Origin: Phoronis australis
Lineage: Eukaryota; Animalia; Phoronida
Reading direction: 5' to 3'
Assembly: GCA_002633005.1 (NCBI GenBank)
Contig: NMRA01000161.1
Location: 200,101-264,100, forward strand
Length of the DNA stretch: 64,000 nucleotides
The position numbers and the translations under genes were made by a program. Numbering within the stretch: position 1 is the stretch's first letter; the number at the start of each line of letters is the position of its first letter. Below the pieces are notes generated by a model. That model was not told where the DNA came from and did not search any database. It saw only the letters and a list, made by a program, of their open reading frames with translations. Positions 48,401-57,865 of this stretch are shown piece after piece.

Positions 48401-50686
48401 TCCCTCAAGGGAATCTACATGTTGATTTTATCGCACATTTATATTATTTCGGATAAAATTTACTAAATGTGCGTGCATTTCACATAGCAACAAATACATT
48501 TCATGTCAGACCAGTGCATATGTTTAAAAAGGTTTTGTATATGAACATGTTATATTCACGTCATCCTAATCAACAACTAAAGTTGAACACGCATTTCGCT
48601 TAAAAATTGGAAACTCGCGTTCGTGAGTTTTGTCCTTCTCATTTACCAACAAGTTAGTTTCCGGTTATTCCGAGCACCGGAAGATCCCGAGTTGCATGTA
48701 AGCATTGACGGTTGTACAGGTTTAAACCAGTCCTCACGAATAAAACTAAAAGTACTGAAAAACCCGCTGATTCAGTAAGCCCACCTGTCGTTCAAACCGT
48801 ATGGCCGCCCCTGACCATCAAGAGGACCGAGGGTATTTTCTCAGCATTAAATTTTCCCTCTCAGGTATTTGATATCTGCTCTTGTGAAAACGTCAGTCAT
48901 GCCGTCCAGTATTTATCGTTTTGAACGACACATGACTTGCCGTGTAACTTCAATTTCGGAATTCAGGATGTGAAACTCCTCTAAAAGACCCGGATGAGTT
49001 GGGTTTTGAAGATTCAGTTCTGGGAGTGTTCTGGTTGGCTTCTCACGGGAATGTAAGCACACGTTTAATACGAATTTGCGGATATATCTAGATCGTCAGC
49101 TTTGGCTACTGGAAAATACGCACGCTGTTTAGTCGTATGCCCGTATTCATGAGCCCAAACATATTCACCTTGCCAAACTATGGGAGCCTAACAATCAAAG
49201 TACAGCGCATGTAGGTTTCAAAAGCAAAGGTAAACAAAAAATGAAGGGCAGATTTTGAATTACCATATTTCAATTTTTTGTTTTCAGACAAGCGACCACA
49301 GACTAACCACGTACCCACCATTGTTGGGGGTAGCGTCGCAGGGATTGTGGCAATTGCTATTGTACTTGTTGTCGCCTTCCTATGGCGTAAACGAATGTAA
49401 GTTATTATTGGTTTCACTAAAGTTATGTACTTACAAAAATTGCGTCACCAAGAAGTGTTGTTGTGTTATTCTCCTCTTCAAAGGCCTGCAACAGTTCCTC
49501 TCTCGCTTACCTAAGTAGCCCTATATTTACTGTACATGTATAACTGAACGATTTATGGAAATCGTTCGCTCCTGTCACGTGATGACTGGACATGTCGTCT
49601 GCATTGAACAGACAGATTTCCAAAAGCCCATATTGTGGAATAGACGCTTCTTTATATGCATATAAACGGTCAATAGATACCCGGCGTGATTGGTTAATAA
49701 GTTTTGATTTCATTTGGGAAGCAAAAGGTTGAGCACGATGAGTTAACTATTACACTGAAGTTATACACGTATAAAAAGAAGACACATGGTGGCCCCTTAG
49801 GCTCTTATGTTAACCACATGTGTACCTTTGAAAAAGAGATTATCGTCGAAAAAAGATAATTTTCTAAGAACTGCCGAACCTACAGCCACCACGCTGAGAA
49901 TCAGCTATATCGCACTAAAATGCATAGTGTTTGAAATGCCTTGATTTCACCAAATACATGTATAGGGTCTAAAACAACGAAAGTTTCCACATCGGATTTT
50001 GTTGCTAAAATCTATAATTTTGTAGATTGGCTAAATGTTTATTAGAGGGTCCTATAGTACATAACAGTAAAACATCCTGCTATGTAGCGAGTAAGGCGAC
50101 TGTCACAGTTTGGAGTCTTGACATACGGTAACTTTCTCTCTCCCTGACACTTTCATTTAATTAATATGAAATTTCTGCATTTGTGTCAATCTCAAACGAT
50201 GCACTTAGTCCCCGTTTCTAAGTGTACGTGCGTTCGAATTTCAGGAATCTAAAGAGTCGGGAACGCATCGCGCGCCACTTAACGGGGATTCCACCACCTG
50301 AATATACGGTAGAACCCAACTACTGTAACACAGGCAACATCAGCGGCGGCAGTAGTACATTACACGACAACAAGGTATTCTATATGGGATTAGACGATTC
50401 TAAGGGAATTGGTGCCCTGCAAGACACAGAACACGTTTATGAAACATGCATACAAAACGGAAATGACAACAACAGAAACGAAGCTCTATACGAAACTTTG
50501 TCACATTTCCGGTCGGGGCAGAATCAGGGAACGGGGTTTCACAACCTTACCTACGACACCAACATCATTCCTAAGAAGAGACCATCGGTAGAGAACGTCC
50601 TTGGCGTAGGAGGTCGACTGCATGGTCATTCTGGGTCAAATGAGCATGTCTCCGACATCATTGATCCTCCTTGTAAGAACGCTTGA
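12390..50686 (+). CDS. 22-exon gene for an LRP-like type I membrane receptor: SP-(YWTD propeller-EGF)x3-TSP1x12-stalk-TM-cytoplasmic tail, about 1915 aa
   Basis: Exons with GT-AG boundaries and matching phases: 12390-12450, 27503-27707, 27856-28092, 32602-32848, 34388-34556, 34811-34918, 35893-36156, 37116-37266, 37443-37598, 38355-38487, 39105-39261, 40681-40809, 41347-41589, 41993-42155, 42582-42727, 43953-44145, 44895-45043, 45522-47666, 47722-47749, 48720-48832, 49288-49396, 50245-50686. Total 5748 nt, open to the TGA at 50684-50686. Confidence 0.85.
16273..16428. mobile_element. Short MITE-like repeat (family Y), also at about 44700-44848, 58948-59040 and 59239-59330
   Basis: Inverted ends GTTCAGTA..CGCTAGGA / TCCTAGCGTTACTGAAC and shared core GATTACGTGAGAT..CCGTGTATTTTAAATG. 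Confidence 0.7.
16708..18212. mobile_element. Foldback-type DNA element with very long TIRs containing a 303-bp tandem unit, 3-bp TSD CAA (Academ-like termini)
   Basis: TAGACCGGCAGCCCAGAGCA... / ...TGCTCTGGGCTGCCGGTCTA; CAA at 16705-16707 and 18213-18215; centre lies in the N-gap at 17494-17541. Confidence 0.85.
17494..17541. other. Assembly gap (48 N)
   Basis: Run of N. Confidence 1.
18700..25750 (-). mobile_element. Decayed Ngaro/DIRS-order tyrosine-recombinase retrotransposon (gag, RT, RNase H, YR), interrupted by a LINE
   Basis: Gag GEYIDLSTLL..W..YDEQYR..CYAFN...CRYKHTCMICGG (about 24600-25260); RT VNDGI..FIDKCLLFGAS..HYLDDFIFVG (23460-24500); RNase H LYTDSAG..IDNEALV..HVRGVDNRVADAIS (19870-20435); YR RLPIT..FFRISEL..HSFRIGA (19020-19870). 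Outer boundaries are approximate. Confidence 0.9.
20437..23458 (-). mobile_element. 5'-truncated CR1/L2-group LINE (end of APE endonuclease, RT, C-terminal Zn motif)
   Basis: NEPTR..CLDL..SDHH; KKNSKTDIANYRPI; FLDIASAFD; GVPQGSVLG; LYADDT; few stops and frameshifts; short A-tail at about 20437; TACT repeated at 20433-20436 and 23459-23462. Confidence 0.92.
27090..27455 (+). repeat. Interspersed repeat with an inverted, diverged copy at about 33215-33920
   Basis: GCAAGACA.AGACGTAGCACAT, GACTGTGA.CGCATG.GCGCATT and TTGTTTAAAA.ATATTTT(T)GAC blocks match the reverse complement of 33215-33920. Confidence 0.7.
27503..27707 (+). CDS. Receptor exon 2, start of beta-propeller 1
   Basis: TTTAG|GT acceptor; FPQNGTLFMTAH...RAIDVQYRDSKLFFTSQVNR; donor AG|GTAAC. 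Confidence 0.8.
27856..28092 (+). CDS. Receptor exon 3, YWTD-type blade
   Basis: SIAVDWTTNQVYWGD...GLDNPYSVAVHPGKG; donor GG|GTAAGT. Confidence 0.92.
32602..32848 (+). CDS. Receptor exon 4, YWTD-type blades
   Basis: YLFWTENGAVPKIERATLSG...LLYWSS...MDGAGRE; donor CAC|GTATGT. Confidence 0.92.
33499..33632 (+). repeat. Tandem repeat, 44-bp unit x3
   Basis: GCACTCCGAGTCGTAGATCAACTACACGATATGAGACAAGCCAT at 33499, 33543 and 33587. Confidence 0.95.
34388..34556 (+). CDS. Receptor exon 5, end of propeller 1
   Basis: ELLFASSY...PLGLVMFDSSRQP; phases 0/1 fit neighbouring exons. Confidence 0.85.
34811..34918 (+). CDS. Receptor exon 6, EGF-like domain 1
   Basis: CANKGCKEFCVNDPDGAVCLCRHGKRLLEDGVSC; phase 1-1. 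Confidence 0.92.
35893..36156 (+). CDS. Receptor exon 7, start of propeller 2
   Basis: PPFFVYAHG...GAVAFDVHAETIFTAE; phase 1-1. Confidence 0.85.
37116..37266 (+). CDS. Receptor exon 8, YWVD blade
   Basis: DWINSKLYWVD...NLDDPRGLAVDPVNR. Confidence 0.92.
37443..37598 (+). CDS. Receptor exon 9, propeller blade (not in the ORF track)
   Basis: RLFWCGEKHRKWYIRVAYLDGSNV...GIPTSLTVDYQDGR; phase 2-2; donor AG|GTGCGT. Confidence 0.88.
38355..38487 (+). CDS. Receptor exon 10, YWSD blade
   Basis: LYWSDSYLNKILSVPLHG...FDFTTFQ; donor CAG|GTTAGT. Confidence 0.9.
38741..38900. mobile_element. Second copy of the hAT-like MITE
   Basis: CAAGGGGGCC...TTCGGGGGTGCGAATGTCT...CCCCCAACTCA.AATCC.GGAT.CGCCCCTG shared with 9015-9178. 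Confidence 0.7.
39105..39261 (+). CDS. Receptor exon 11, end of propeller 2
   Basis: DYVVWTDNSPFNRGVYAAIKHG...HGIVMYDYAKQP. Confidence 0.88.
40681..40809 (+). CDS. Receptor exon 12, EGF-like domain 2
   Basis: NRCDINNGECEQLCLTKNTGRTCACGIGYSLSTDGVTC; phase 1-1. Confidence 0.93.
41347..41589 (+). CDS. Receptor exon 13, start of propeller 3
   Basis: PYAIDYDPVERRVYWSD...RASLDGS. Confidence 0.92.
41993..42155 (+). CDS. Receptor exon 14, propeller blade
   Basis: DDIKIDPISRLIYIAE...RPKRIEVDYVNG; donor GG|GTAAGT. Confidence 0.88.
42582..42727 (+). CDS. Receptor exon 15, propeller blade
   Basis: YLFWATD...PRIMRSYLDGTHQEVLV; donor A|GTAAGT. Confidence 0.9.
43953..44145 (+). CDS. Receptor exon 16, YWVD/YYSD blades
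   Basis: NVLYWVDLFFNKVERISLSG...DGDHVYYSDHFNR. Confidence 0.9.
44895..45043 (+). CDS. Receptor exon 17, end of propeller 3
   Basis: SLWKVGRG...FGPPVFGTVTHIKIYN; phases 2/1 fit. Confidence 0.83.
45522..47666 (+). CDS. Receptor exon 18, EGF-like domain 3 plus 12 tandem TSP1 repeats
   Basis: [26 protein letters not shown]...C, then 12 WxxWxxWxxCSxxCG..RxRxC units; acceptor TTGCAG|, donor G|GTGAGC. Confidence 0.95.
47722..47749 (+). CDS. Receptor exon 19, 28-nt microexon (GSSASTVTKL)
   Basis: TTTTTTGCAG acceptor and TT|GTACGT donor; needed to convert phase 1 to phase 2 for the next exon. Confidence 0.6.
48720..48832 (+). CDS. Receptor exon 20, S/T/P-rich stalk
   Basis: FKPVLTNKTKSTEKPADSVSPPVVQTVWPPLTIKRTE; phases 2/1. 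Confidence 0.65.
49288..49396 (+). CDS. Receptor exon 21, transmembrane helix
   Basis: VPTIVGGSVAGIVAIAIVLVVAFLW followed by RKR; strong acceptor and AT|GTAAGT donor. Confidence 0.92.
50245..50686 (+). CDS. Receptor exon 22, cytoplasmic tail
   Basis: Phase-2 acceptor TTTCAG|G; open to TGA; PPEY, YETC, YETL and FHNLTY motifs. Confidence 0.88.
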
Positions 50687-51280
50687 AGGTTGATAGTTTG
50701 ATGGACTGGTTGTATCATATGAAGCAAGATAATCAAGACAATTTTAATGTTTTTAGAAAGTCGCAGCACGTTTTGTATAAAACCATATATACTGCTATTG
50801 TATATTTCGGCAACCTCGTGGTAGTCTAGTTGCGCTCAGCGACAGGGAGCACGTGCGTCCCAATACACTGTGAATGGCGACTCACGCTACGTATGGAAAC
50901 TCTTGGGCTTGCTTTGCAATTTATGCTGCGATTATTTTTCGTTGGGATGTAAAACTAAAAATTGCATTGACACTAAGGTATTCTCTTATTTATTATCAAT
51001 GTGAAGTTGTGATATTCTGATTTACTAGCATTTTGGAATGGCACGCTTTAAAAACAGTTGTAATTTGTGACAAGTGTGATAATGGCTAGATTTAAGGAAT
51101 GGTTGATATTTTTTGTTACCAGCCATTTCCTCTCGTGATATTGAACCTCCTGTCCAACGCAAAAAACGTAAGTGTGCAACATCACTTTAGCATTTTGTTA
51201 TAAAAACGCAAATTTGTTTCACGTTAATTCAATAGAAGTAGACTATTTTACAAAACAATCCATGAACGAACCGATGACTG

Positions 51281-51463
51281 GAACTTCAGAATTAATGCCT
51301 TCAGCCATGTTGGTAATAATTCGTAGAACTTCAGAATTAATGCTTTCAGCCATGTTGGTAATAATTCGTAGAACTTCAGAATTAATGCTTTCAGCCATGT
51401 TGGTAATAATTCGTAGAACTTCAGAATTAATGCTTTCAGCCATGTTGGTAATAATTCGTAGAA
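51281..51463 (+). repeat. Tandem repeat, 45-bp unit x4
   Basis: GAACTTCAGAATTAATGCTTTCAGCCATGTTGGTAATAATTCGTA repeated. Confidence 0.95.
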
Positions 51464-53617
51464 TGGTTCAAAACCTGAAATCGCCTACTCAATAATTGTC
51501 TACGTAAGACTACGCGACATGTTACAAGGCAAGCTAAAGCAATATGTCACAATACTGGAACACAAGAGAGGTTCATAGTGTGGTAAACGTTGACAAACTA
51601 ATAAGCGTGATTCTTCGAACGCAGCATATAGACAGTGCTTTCAGAGAATCGCCATTTTGGTGCAGATGAGAGCCAGTGTAAACCTAATACATTTACATTG
51701 TATTCAAATATTGTGTTTTACCTGCTCGGAAACAGTGACAAAATGCCAAGTCCTTCAAACCTAACATTTAAAAATCACCTCAAGCTAGATGCGACTGTTT
51801 TGCATGTTGCTGTCTTTGGGCTGAACTAGTGCCCAGGTTTTGGAAATGTCGGGCTGCTTTTAGGAATTTTGTCGGAAAAATACGCATCCACGGATGCTTT
51901 TCAAGAATATCCAACATTCTACTGTGGTAGTTGCAGCTCTCAGCACAGCAGTAAAATTTGCATGCATTGGAAATCGAATGCAGTAATTCGGCCGAGAAAA
52001 TAAAAATTGTATAAACAAAACATCTGCAAATAGTACGAGAAAATCTAGTGGCGCAAAAACGTGGCTGAAGATGATAGACGGATATTGTAGCATTGTGGGT
52101 ACACGATGTAGCCCAAGATTCAGGTGTTGCTGTGTAATAAAGGAGGGCTGTATTGACCAAGGAAGAATTTGAGACAAATATAACGGCACGTGGTTTATAT
52201 CAAATTAGGTTCTGTGACGGTATACATGAAAATGCATAGCAGGCTTTTTAACAGCTTAATTGTTGGTTTGCTAACCTATGTTGATCCTTGTAGCTTTTGT
52301 AGTTGTGACTGAAATAACTCGTGCAAAAGAACAGTGGTATATACGGATAATCAGGATATTCTGAGATATACACGTAAGTCGGAAAATCTCCGAACATTTA
52401 ACTGGGGAACTGGTCGTTCTTTTAATAGTCTGTGGTTACGAACATGAACAATGTGTGATAAAACAAAGGTTTTTGTGAGGTAGAACTTGCTCAGTTTATT
52501 AATTCAGTAGTCAGCATCCGTACTGACAACGGGAGATTGATACATGTATACATCACTTCTAATTGCGGATAGATCTGCCTTCTTTTATGATGAGTCAAGT
52601 GCACCTGAGAGCTTACGACAAAGTAATGATACATGTATTTCTTATAAGTGAGTTAGGTTTAGCTAAAATTTGAAAGTTTTCTACCAGTTTCACTGGCCAT
52701 GTTTTAATTCTTACGGATAACGAAAACTCATACCATTTTTGGAATGACCTCTCTTCTCTCGACCTGCTGGAAATGTATGCTTTGTCTACAGCGACTCATC
52801 GTAGACAAGAGACGGATTTCCACACAGTCCACTGTGTAGAGTTCACGCGCTATCAGCAAGGAAGCCAGCGGTGTTGTAACTTTCGTGGTCAAACTTCTTG
52901 TGAACGAATAATCTTCGGCCTATCGTTACACTCTTTTCCAGTGTTACGAGACCAAGCGGCTCTATAGATGGCGTTGTAACAATGATGGTGCATGTCAAGT
53001 GAGTGGCCTCGTAGGATCCTCAGGCTTTCGGTCAAAGGACTCATAACATTTAGCAGAGTGGTGCAAGTGATTATTAGCTCCAATGACATTTCGATTTCCC
53101 AGACATCCCAACGATTAAGCTGGAGTGATATTTGGTCCAAACCACATGTTAGGCAAGAATTGGAAATTATATACAAACTGGCTGATACCATTTCAGTGTT
53201 AATAACAATAGTTTTTAAAACGGGCAAGGACAGGCATGTTTAGAAGTGGAATAAATGGTGACAGCCCAGTTTGTTTGTCACCCAATACAAATGCAACCCC
53301 CCGAGCTACAGCATTGCCGGATTACGTCTTTAGACGTTCCACTTGGAATCACGTACGCCGTGTATCATTCCGCCACTAGGAGCTATAGATTCCTGCCGCC
53401 CTGTTAATAGTGCACGTCTTTATACCTTATTTTTGCTTTGTTGGACACCAGTAAACTGGTCATAATTATTTCACTCTAGTTACTTCGTTTGCAATGTATT
53501 TCAAAAAGGCCTCTACATGACTAGAAAATAGACATAGTAGATGATCATATACTTGTCACATCACGATAAGGAGCAGTTGGTTTTGGTTTTTGATTCAACT
53601 ACGTAAGAAAAGAGCGC

Positions 53618-55366
53618 TGATACGCCGTAAAATGTAATAATTTTGTAAAATGTAATAATTTTGTAAAATGTAACAACTGCTGTATTTAAAACCGTTGTTA
53701 CATTTTACGTTGATAGGCCTCTCCTAAAATGTAACAACTTGTTACATTTTATGTAATTGTTACAATTTACCTGGAATGCACATGAGAGAAATGTACCATT
53801 CTTACGTTTTACGATTCAAAGCAACGTCAAATTTCATGAATTTGCATGGCATTTGTCACACGGAGGTAAACGAATCACACACTTAACAGCTTTTTTCTCG
53901 TATTGTTTGAATGAAATTCTGTCAAACGTGCCAGCTTGAATTTACAGATGTGTACGTATGTCTTTTCCATTGCTTTTAACATGAATAGTTTCGTAGTATT
54001 ACCAAATTGTACCCCGTACAGTTTCAAATCCACACGAAAGGGGTTTCCAGGATCAGGTAAGATTGTTTGTTATTATTAAAGCGTTATTGCAATCTTTTGT
54101 GGAGCTCGTAGGTAATAAACCATTTGTGTATCCGGCATTACAGTACACCTGTATGCACAACCGAAACAATGGCATCGTATTGTGGTTGATGTTTATCGTA
54201 TTTCTTCGGGAAAAAACAACCGCAGCAAATTTTTTCACGAGGAATTCAATTTCGGAAGCCTGTTTAATAGGAAAATGACCCGTTTTAGTCCTACTTGTAT
54301 TAGACATATGCCATAAACAAACCGTGCTTGCCGATAGTTTGAAACAACCATTTTTTAAGTTGGCGCGCGTCTAAACAAGATTATAAACCTCAACATCCTA
54401 TTTTCCAAAACGTTTTCCTACTCTGCATACACAGCTTTCAGTATTCTCGCAATACCGTTTAGGTTTAACCTAGGAACCTCTTTAAAAATCTTTTGAAACA
54501 GCACCTGCTGTCCATTATGGGAAACCCGGTGAAACATTGAACCATAAATGAGATGATTTTAAAATATTTGAGGACCCTGATGCACTTTACTAAGCATGCA
54601 TTGTGTATATTGTACAGTGCCCTCGTTAAATAAATTCAATACTACTACTAATGAAAATAATAAAAATAGTGATCATAGTGATAGTGATAGTGCCCTCGTT
54701 AAATAAATTCAATACTACTACTAATAAAAATAATAAGAATCGTGATCATAGTGATAGTGATAGTGCCCTCGTTAAATAAATTCAATACTACTACTAATAA
54801 AAATAATAAAAATAGTGATCATAGTGATAGTGGTAGCAATAATGGTTCGCCAAATTCATGCCGTGTCAGCCCGGGAAGGTCTTCCTATATAAGATGTATA
54901 CGTTGTCTCGCCTAAAGGTGTTTTTTCACAGCAAAAATACTCTCCAAAATGGTGCCATTTTTGACAAAATACAATCTGAAAAGGTGGCTTTTCTTAATTT
55001 CTAGAACGTGACCATGCGAAATGTGAATTTTTGCACAAAGTTGCCCTGAAAAAGGGTCACTTTTTGTCCGAGCCCACTCTCTAAATGGGAAGGTATGCAA
55101 ATTTTCTGGTGGAATAAAATCGTCCAAAAATACTTGAGTACCCCCGACCGTGTCTGATACCACGTTCGTGATTTTGATTATTTACTGTGTGACAAGACGT
55201 TGATTTTGAAAAATGTAACAACGGTACATTTCCTGCTTGAGCATTCGACGTGTTAAATGTAACGTTTACGTAAAATGATAACTTGTTACATTTTAGGAGA
55301 GGTTTACTAACGTAAATTGTAATAATAATGTAAAATGTAACAGTTGTTATATTTTACGACGTATCA
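53618..55366. mobile_element. Non-autonomous TIR element with TG...CA ends and 6-bp TSD GAGCGC
   Basis: TGATACGCCGTAAAATGTAA / TTATATTTTACGACGTATCA; GAGCGC at 53612-53617 and 55367-55372; subterminal TAAAATGTAA repeats in both arms. Confidence 0.85.
54616..54832 (+). repeat. Tandem repeat, 73-bp unit x3
   Basis: AGTGCCCTCGTTAAATAAATTCAATACTACTACT... at 54616, 54689 and 54762. Confidence 0.95.
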
Positions 55367-56340
55367 GAGCGCGCCCACACCAATTGCCGCCAAAGTAATG
55401 ATGCCATACAAACGTTTGCAAGTACATGTAAGGTTTCGGTTGACCTGGATTGACTCAGCCACAACCACCTCGCGTTTGGCAGTAGACGACCCAATAATTG
55501 CAAAGCATCAGCTCCCGCGCCTGCTCCCTGTTTTCACAAGCACAGGCAAACGTGTCACTGATTTGGTTTGAAAAAAAGATCGAAGATGCCGACTAACTTT
55601 GCATATCTTACGTAGATTGTTTTGGGAAAACGAATTACTGAAGGTATAACACAATATGACTGTCTATGTCTTCTTTCTTGACACAAGAATTCCAGGTCTT
55701 TAGTCATTATTTCGAAAAGAAGTACAACATCTGAGATCAATGCACCTCTGCCTTATCTCTTCGAAAACCACGGTTGTCGGAAAATTTTACTCTTTCATCT
55801 CTCCTGCAAATCGGTCCTCAACTGCCGCTAGAGGGTATCCGTTACGAGCCTGGACTTGATACGACATCTTCGCCATATAGCCCAGACTCATCAAATGAAA
55901 CTGAACTTAATTTTAGTCTAAAGCGCAAGTATATCTTTGGATTATCATGTTCGTCTAAGTCAACATTCAACTGGGGTCGTTGCCCGTGTAAAACTAAGCT
56001 AGAATCATAAAAAGTGTCCATGTAGTTAGCATTGAAAACGTTATTTTGCTTGACGGAAACCTAAGCCTTCTTTTGGGTTACACTATTAAAATTGTCTCAA
56101 GAATTGCACCTGAATTGCTTACGTTTGAACAATATAATACTCTGTGATGTTCGTAATTCCTCAAAAGCCTGGGGTGTTCTTGAATACACTTCAACTAACA
56201 GTCTGCTAAATTAGCCCGCAGCGTGATTAAAACTACAGACATTTAATCCACAGGTGTTGGCAAAGACTGCTCAATGAGCCACAGGTCTCTAGCGAAGGAA
56301 CGAGAACGTACATGTACATGTACCTGAACATTATAGTTCT

Positions 56341-56865
56341 AGGGGGGAAGGAATCAACGATTTGTCGGACTTCAAAACCACTTAAGCGGATTTCAAAACC
56401 TTAGTCGGATGGACTGCAAAACCAAGTGGACGATGATCAAACGTGTTGTTCAGACTTCAAAACGCGATGACCTTTCCCAAAAAACTAGTTGGCCACACCC
56501 AAAACACAATGGCCGGTGCTATAACCAGTAGGCCGGTGACCAAACACGACGGTCGGACTTCCTCAGAGACTAACTGAGAATGTCTTGAATGTTTCAGGTG
56601 GCATCTGGTGTTTATTTTTCGTACTTGTTTGTTTTGTTCAAAATCGCCGATTTGTTCGGCCGTTGTGTTTGAGCACCGGCCAACCCGTTTGAGGTCCGGC
56701 CAACCAGTTGTTTGGTTGCGGCCATCTGGTTTTAAGGTACCGCCAGCCTGTTTGGAGGTCTGACCACCAAGTTAGAACACCGGCCATTTGGTTCTCTAGT
56801 CCAACCAGCTGGTTTTGAAGTCCGGGTAAGTGGTTTTGAAGTGCGATCAATTGTTGATTCCCCTT
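56341..56865. mobile_element. MITE with inverted arms made of about 21-bp subrepeats, possible degenerate 9-bp TSD (MULE-like)
   Basis: GGAATCAAC..GGACTTCAAAACC arrays versus GGTTTTGAAGT..GTTGATTCC; flanks TATAGTTCT / TGTAGTTGT. Confidence 0.6.
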
Positions 56866-56980
56866 TGTAGTTGTTTATCCCCTGACTCTCATGTATAGCT
56901 ACATGTGACGTCACCAGCTTTAGATGCCTCTATGGCGTCATGCAATCATGCAACCGAAATGAAACTCCTCTCTTGATGCG

Positions 56981-57865
56981 TCACACATGTTCGTGCACGT
57001 CCACCTGAACGTGACAGACGTCAGCCGCTTGTTTATTTGACGGCGTGTCTTGTCCCACTAATGTAAAGTCAACTTGTCGTTGTTTCTTAGACATTGGACT
57101 AGCAGGCCAGGAACGTACTTTCTCCATCTCAGCTGTTTGATATGGGTGCAGATAGTCTGAGTCGTAACTCGTCGTCCCCTCCAGTCTCCGTCTAGTGTTG
57201 CAAACCTGAAGTTTTGAAGTCTTTGGTCGAGGAAATATCTCATTCCTTAGCGGAACTATTGCAAAATTGTTTTGTCTTTTCATCGATGGCTGCACATTAT
57301 CCAAAACGTTAATTAAAGACGTATCTAAAATCAAAGGGTTCGGAGAACATTTGCTGGACCTACCGTTTCCACTCTTATTTAAGCTCGAAACAGAACAATC
57401 GATGTCTTCAGGCAAATCCTCCACCCAACGAGCGGTATTTTCTAAAGAAGAATGGGATTTCTCGGGAAGAGTATACGACTTCAGGGGCTTCATTTCGATC
57501 AAACTAGAAGAACAAACTTCACCCAAAGGAAACTCTTCACGCGAATTGTTTGCTATACTACTTTGACGTATACTGCACGGTCGTCGTTGCCTTTTTTCGA
57601 AAATCCTCCCAATTCTACAGTCTCGACATTTACCTTTTATGAAAAACCAGAGAAGGAAGAGAACAAGGGTTCCGCCTAGGATAGCGGCGGTCTGAATCCC
57701 TTCTTTGGGGTCGTAAGACGCGTAAAATTCCTCTTCTGTGATTTCAGACTTAAAGTTGTTGGTTGGCTTCAGCAGCGAGGTATTGTTGAATAGGGCTCCA
57801 AGCACGATCGGTCTATACGATACCGTCCTATCGTGCTGCTCACTAGACTGGCTAGATTCGTGCAT
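56981..57865 (-). CDS. Uncharacterised single-pass membrane protein, about 294 aa from the first in-frame ATG; an upstream exon is possible (acceptor at 57900)
   Basis: Long ORF with hydrophobic segment GIQTAAILGGTLVLFLLWFFI followed by KGKC, an N-terminal NNT sequon and a Ser-rich tail; TTTTTCTAG acceptor just upstream. Confidence 0.8.
   Translation of the reverse strand: MHESSQSSEQHDRTVSYRPIVLGALFNNTSLLKPTNNFKSEITEEEFYASYDPKEGIQTAAILGGTLVLFLLWFFIKGKCRDCRIGRIFEKRQRRPCSIRQSSIANNSREEFPLGEVCSSSLIEMKPLKSYTLPEKSHSSLENTARWVEDLPEDIDCSVSSLNKSGNGRSSKCSPNPLILDTSLINVLDNVQPSMKRQNNFAIVPLRNEIFPRPKTSKLQVCNTRRRLEGTTSYDSDYLHPYQTAEMEKVRSWPASPMSKKQRQVDFTLVGQDTPSNKQAADVCHVQVDVHEHV

Noticed and set aside
12390-50686. 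Naming the gene LRP5/6, LRP4 or LRP1/2
   Set aside because: No LDL-A repeats or PPPSP motifs, and it carries a TSP1 array that those receptors lack.
33499-54832. 44-, 45- and 73-bp repeats as CRISPR-like arrays or repeat-coding ORFs
   Set aside because: Head-to-tail units with no unique spacers in eukaryotic DNA; the ORFs at 51172-51495 result from the 45-bp period.
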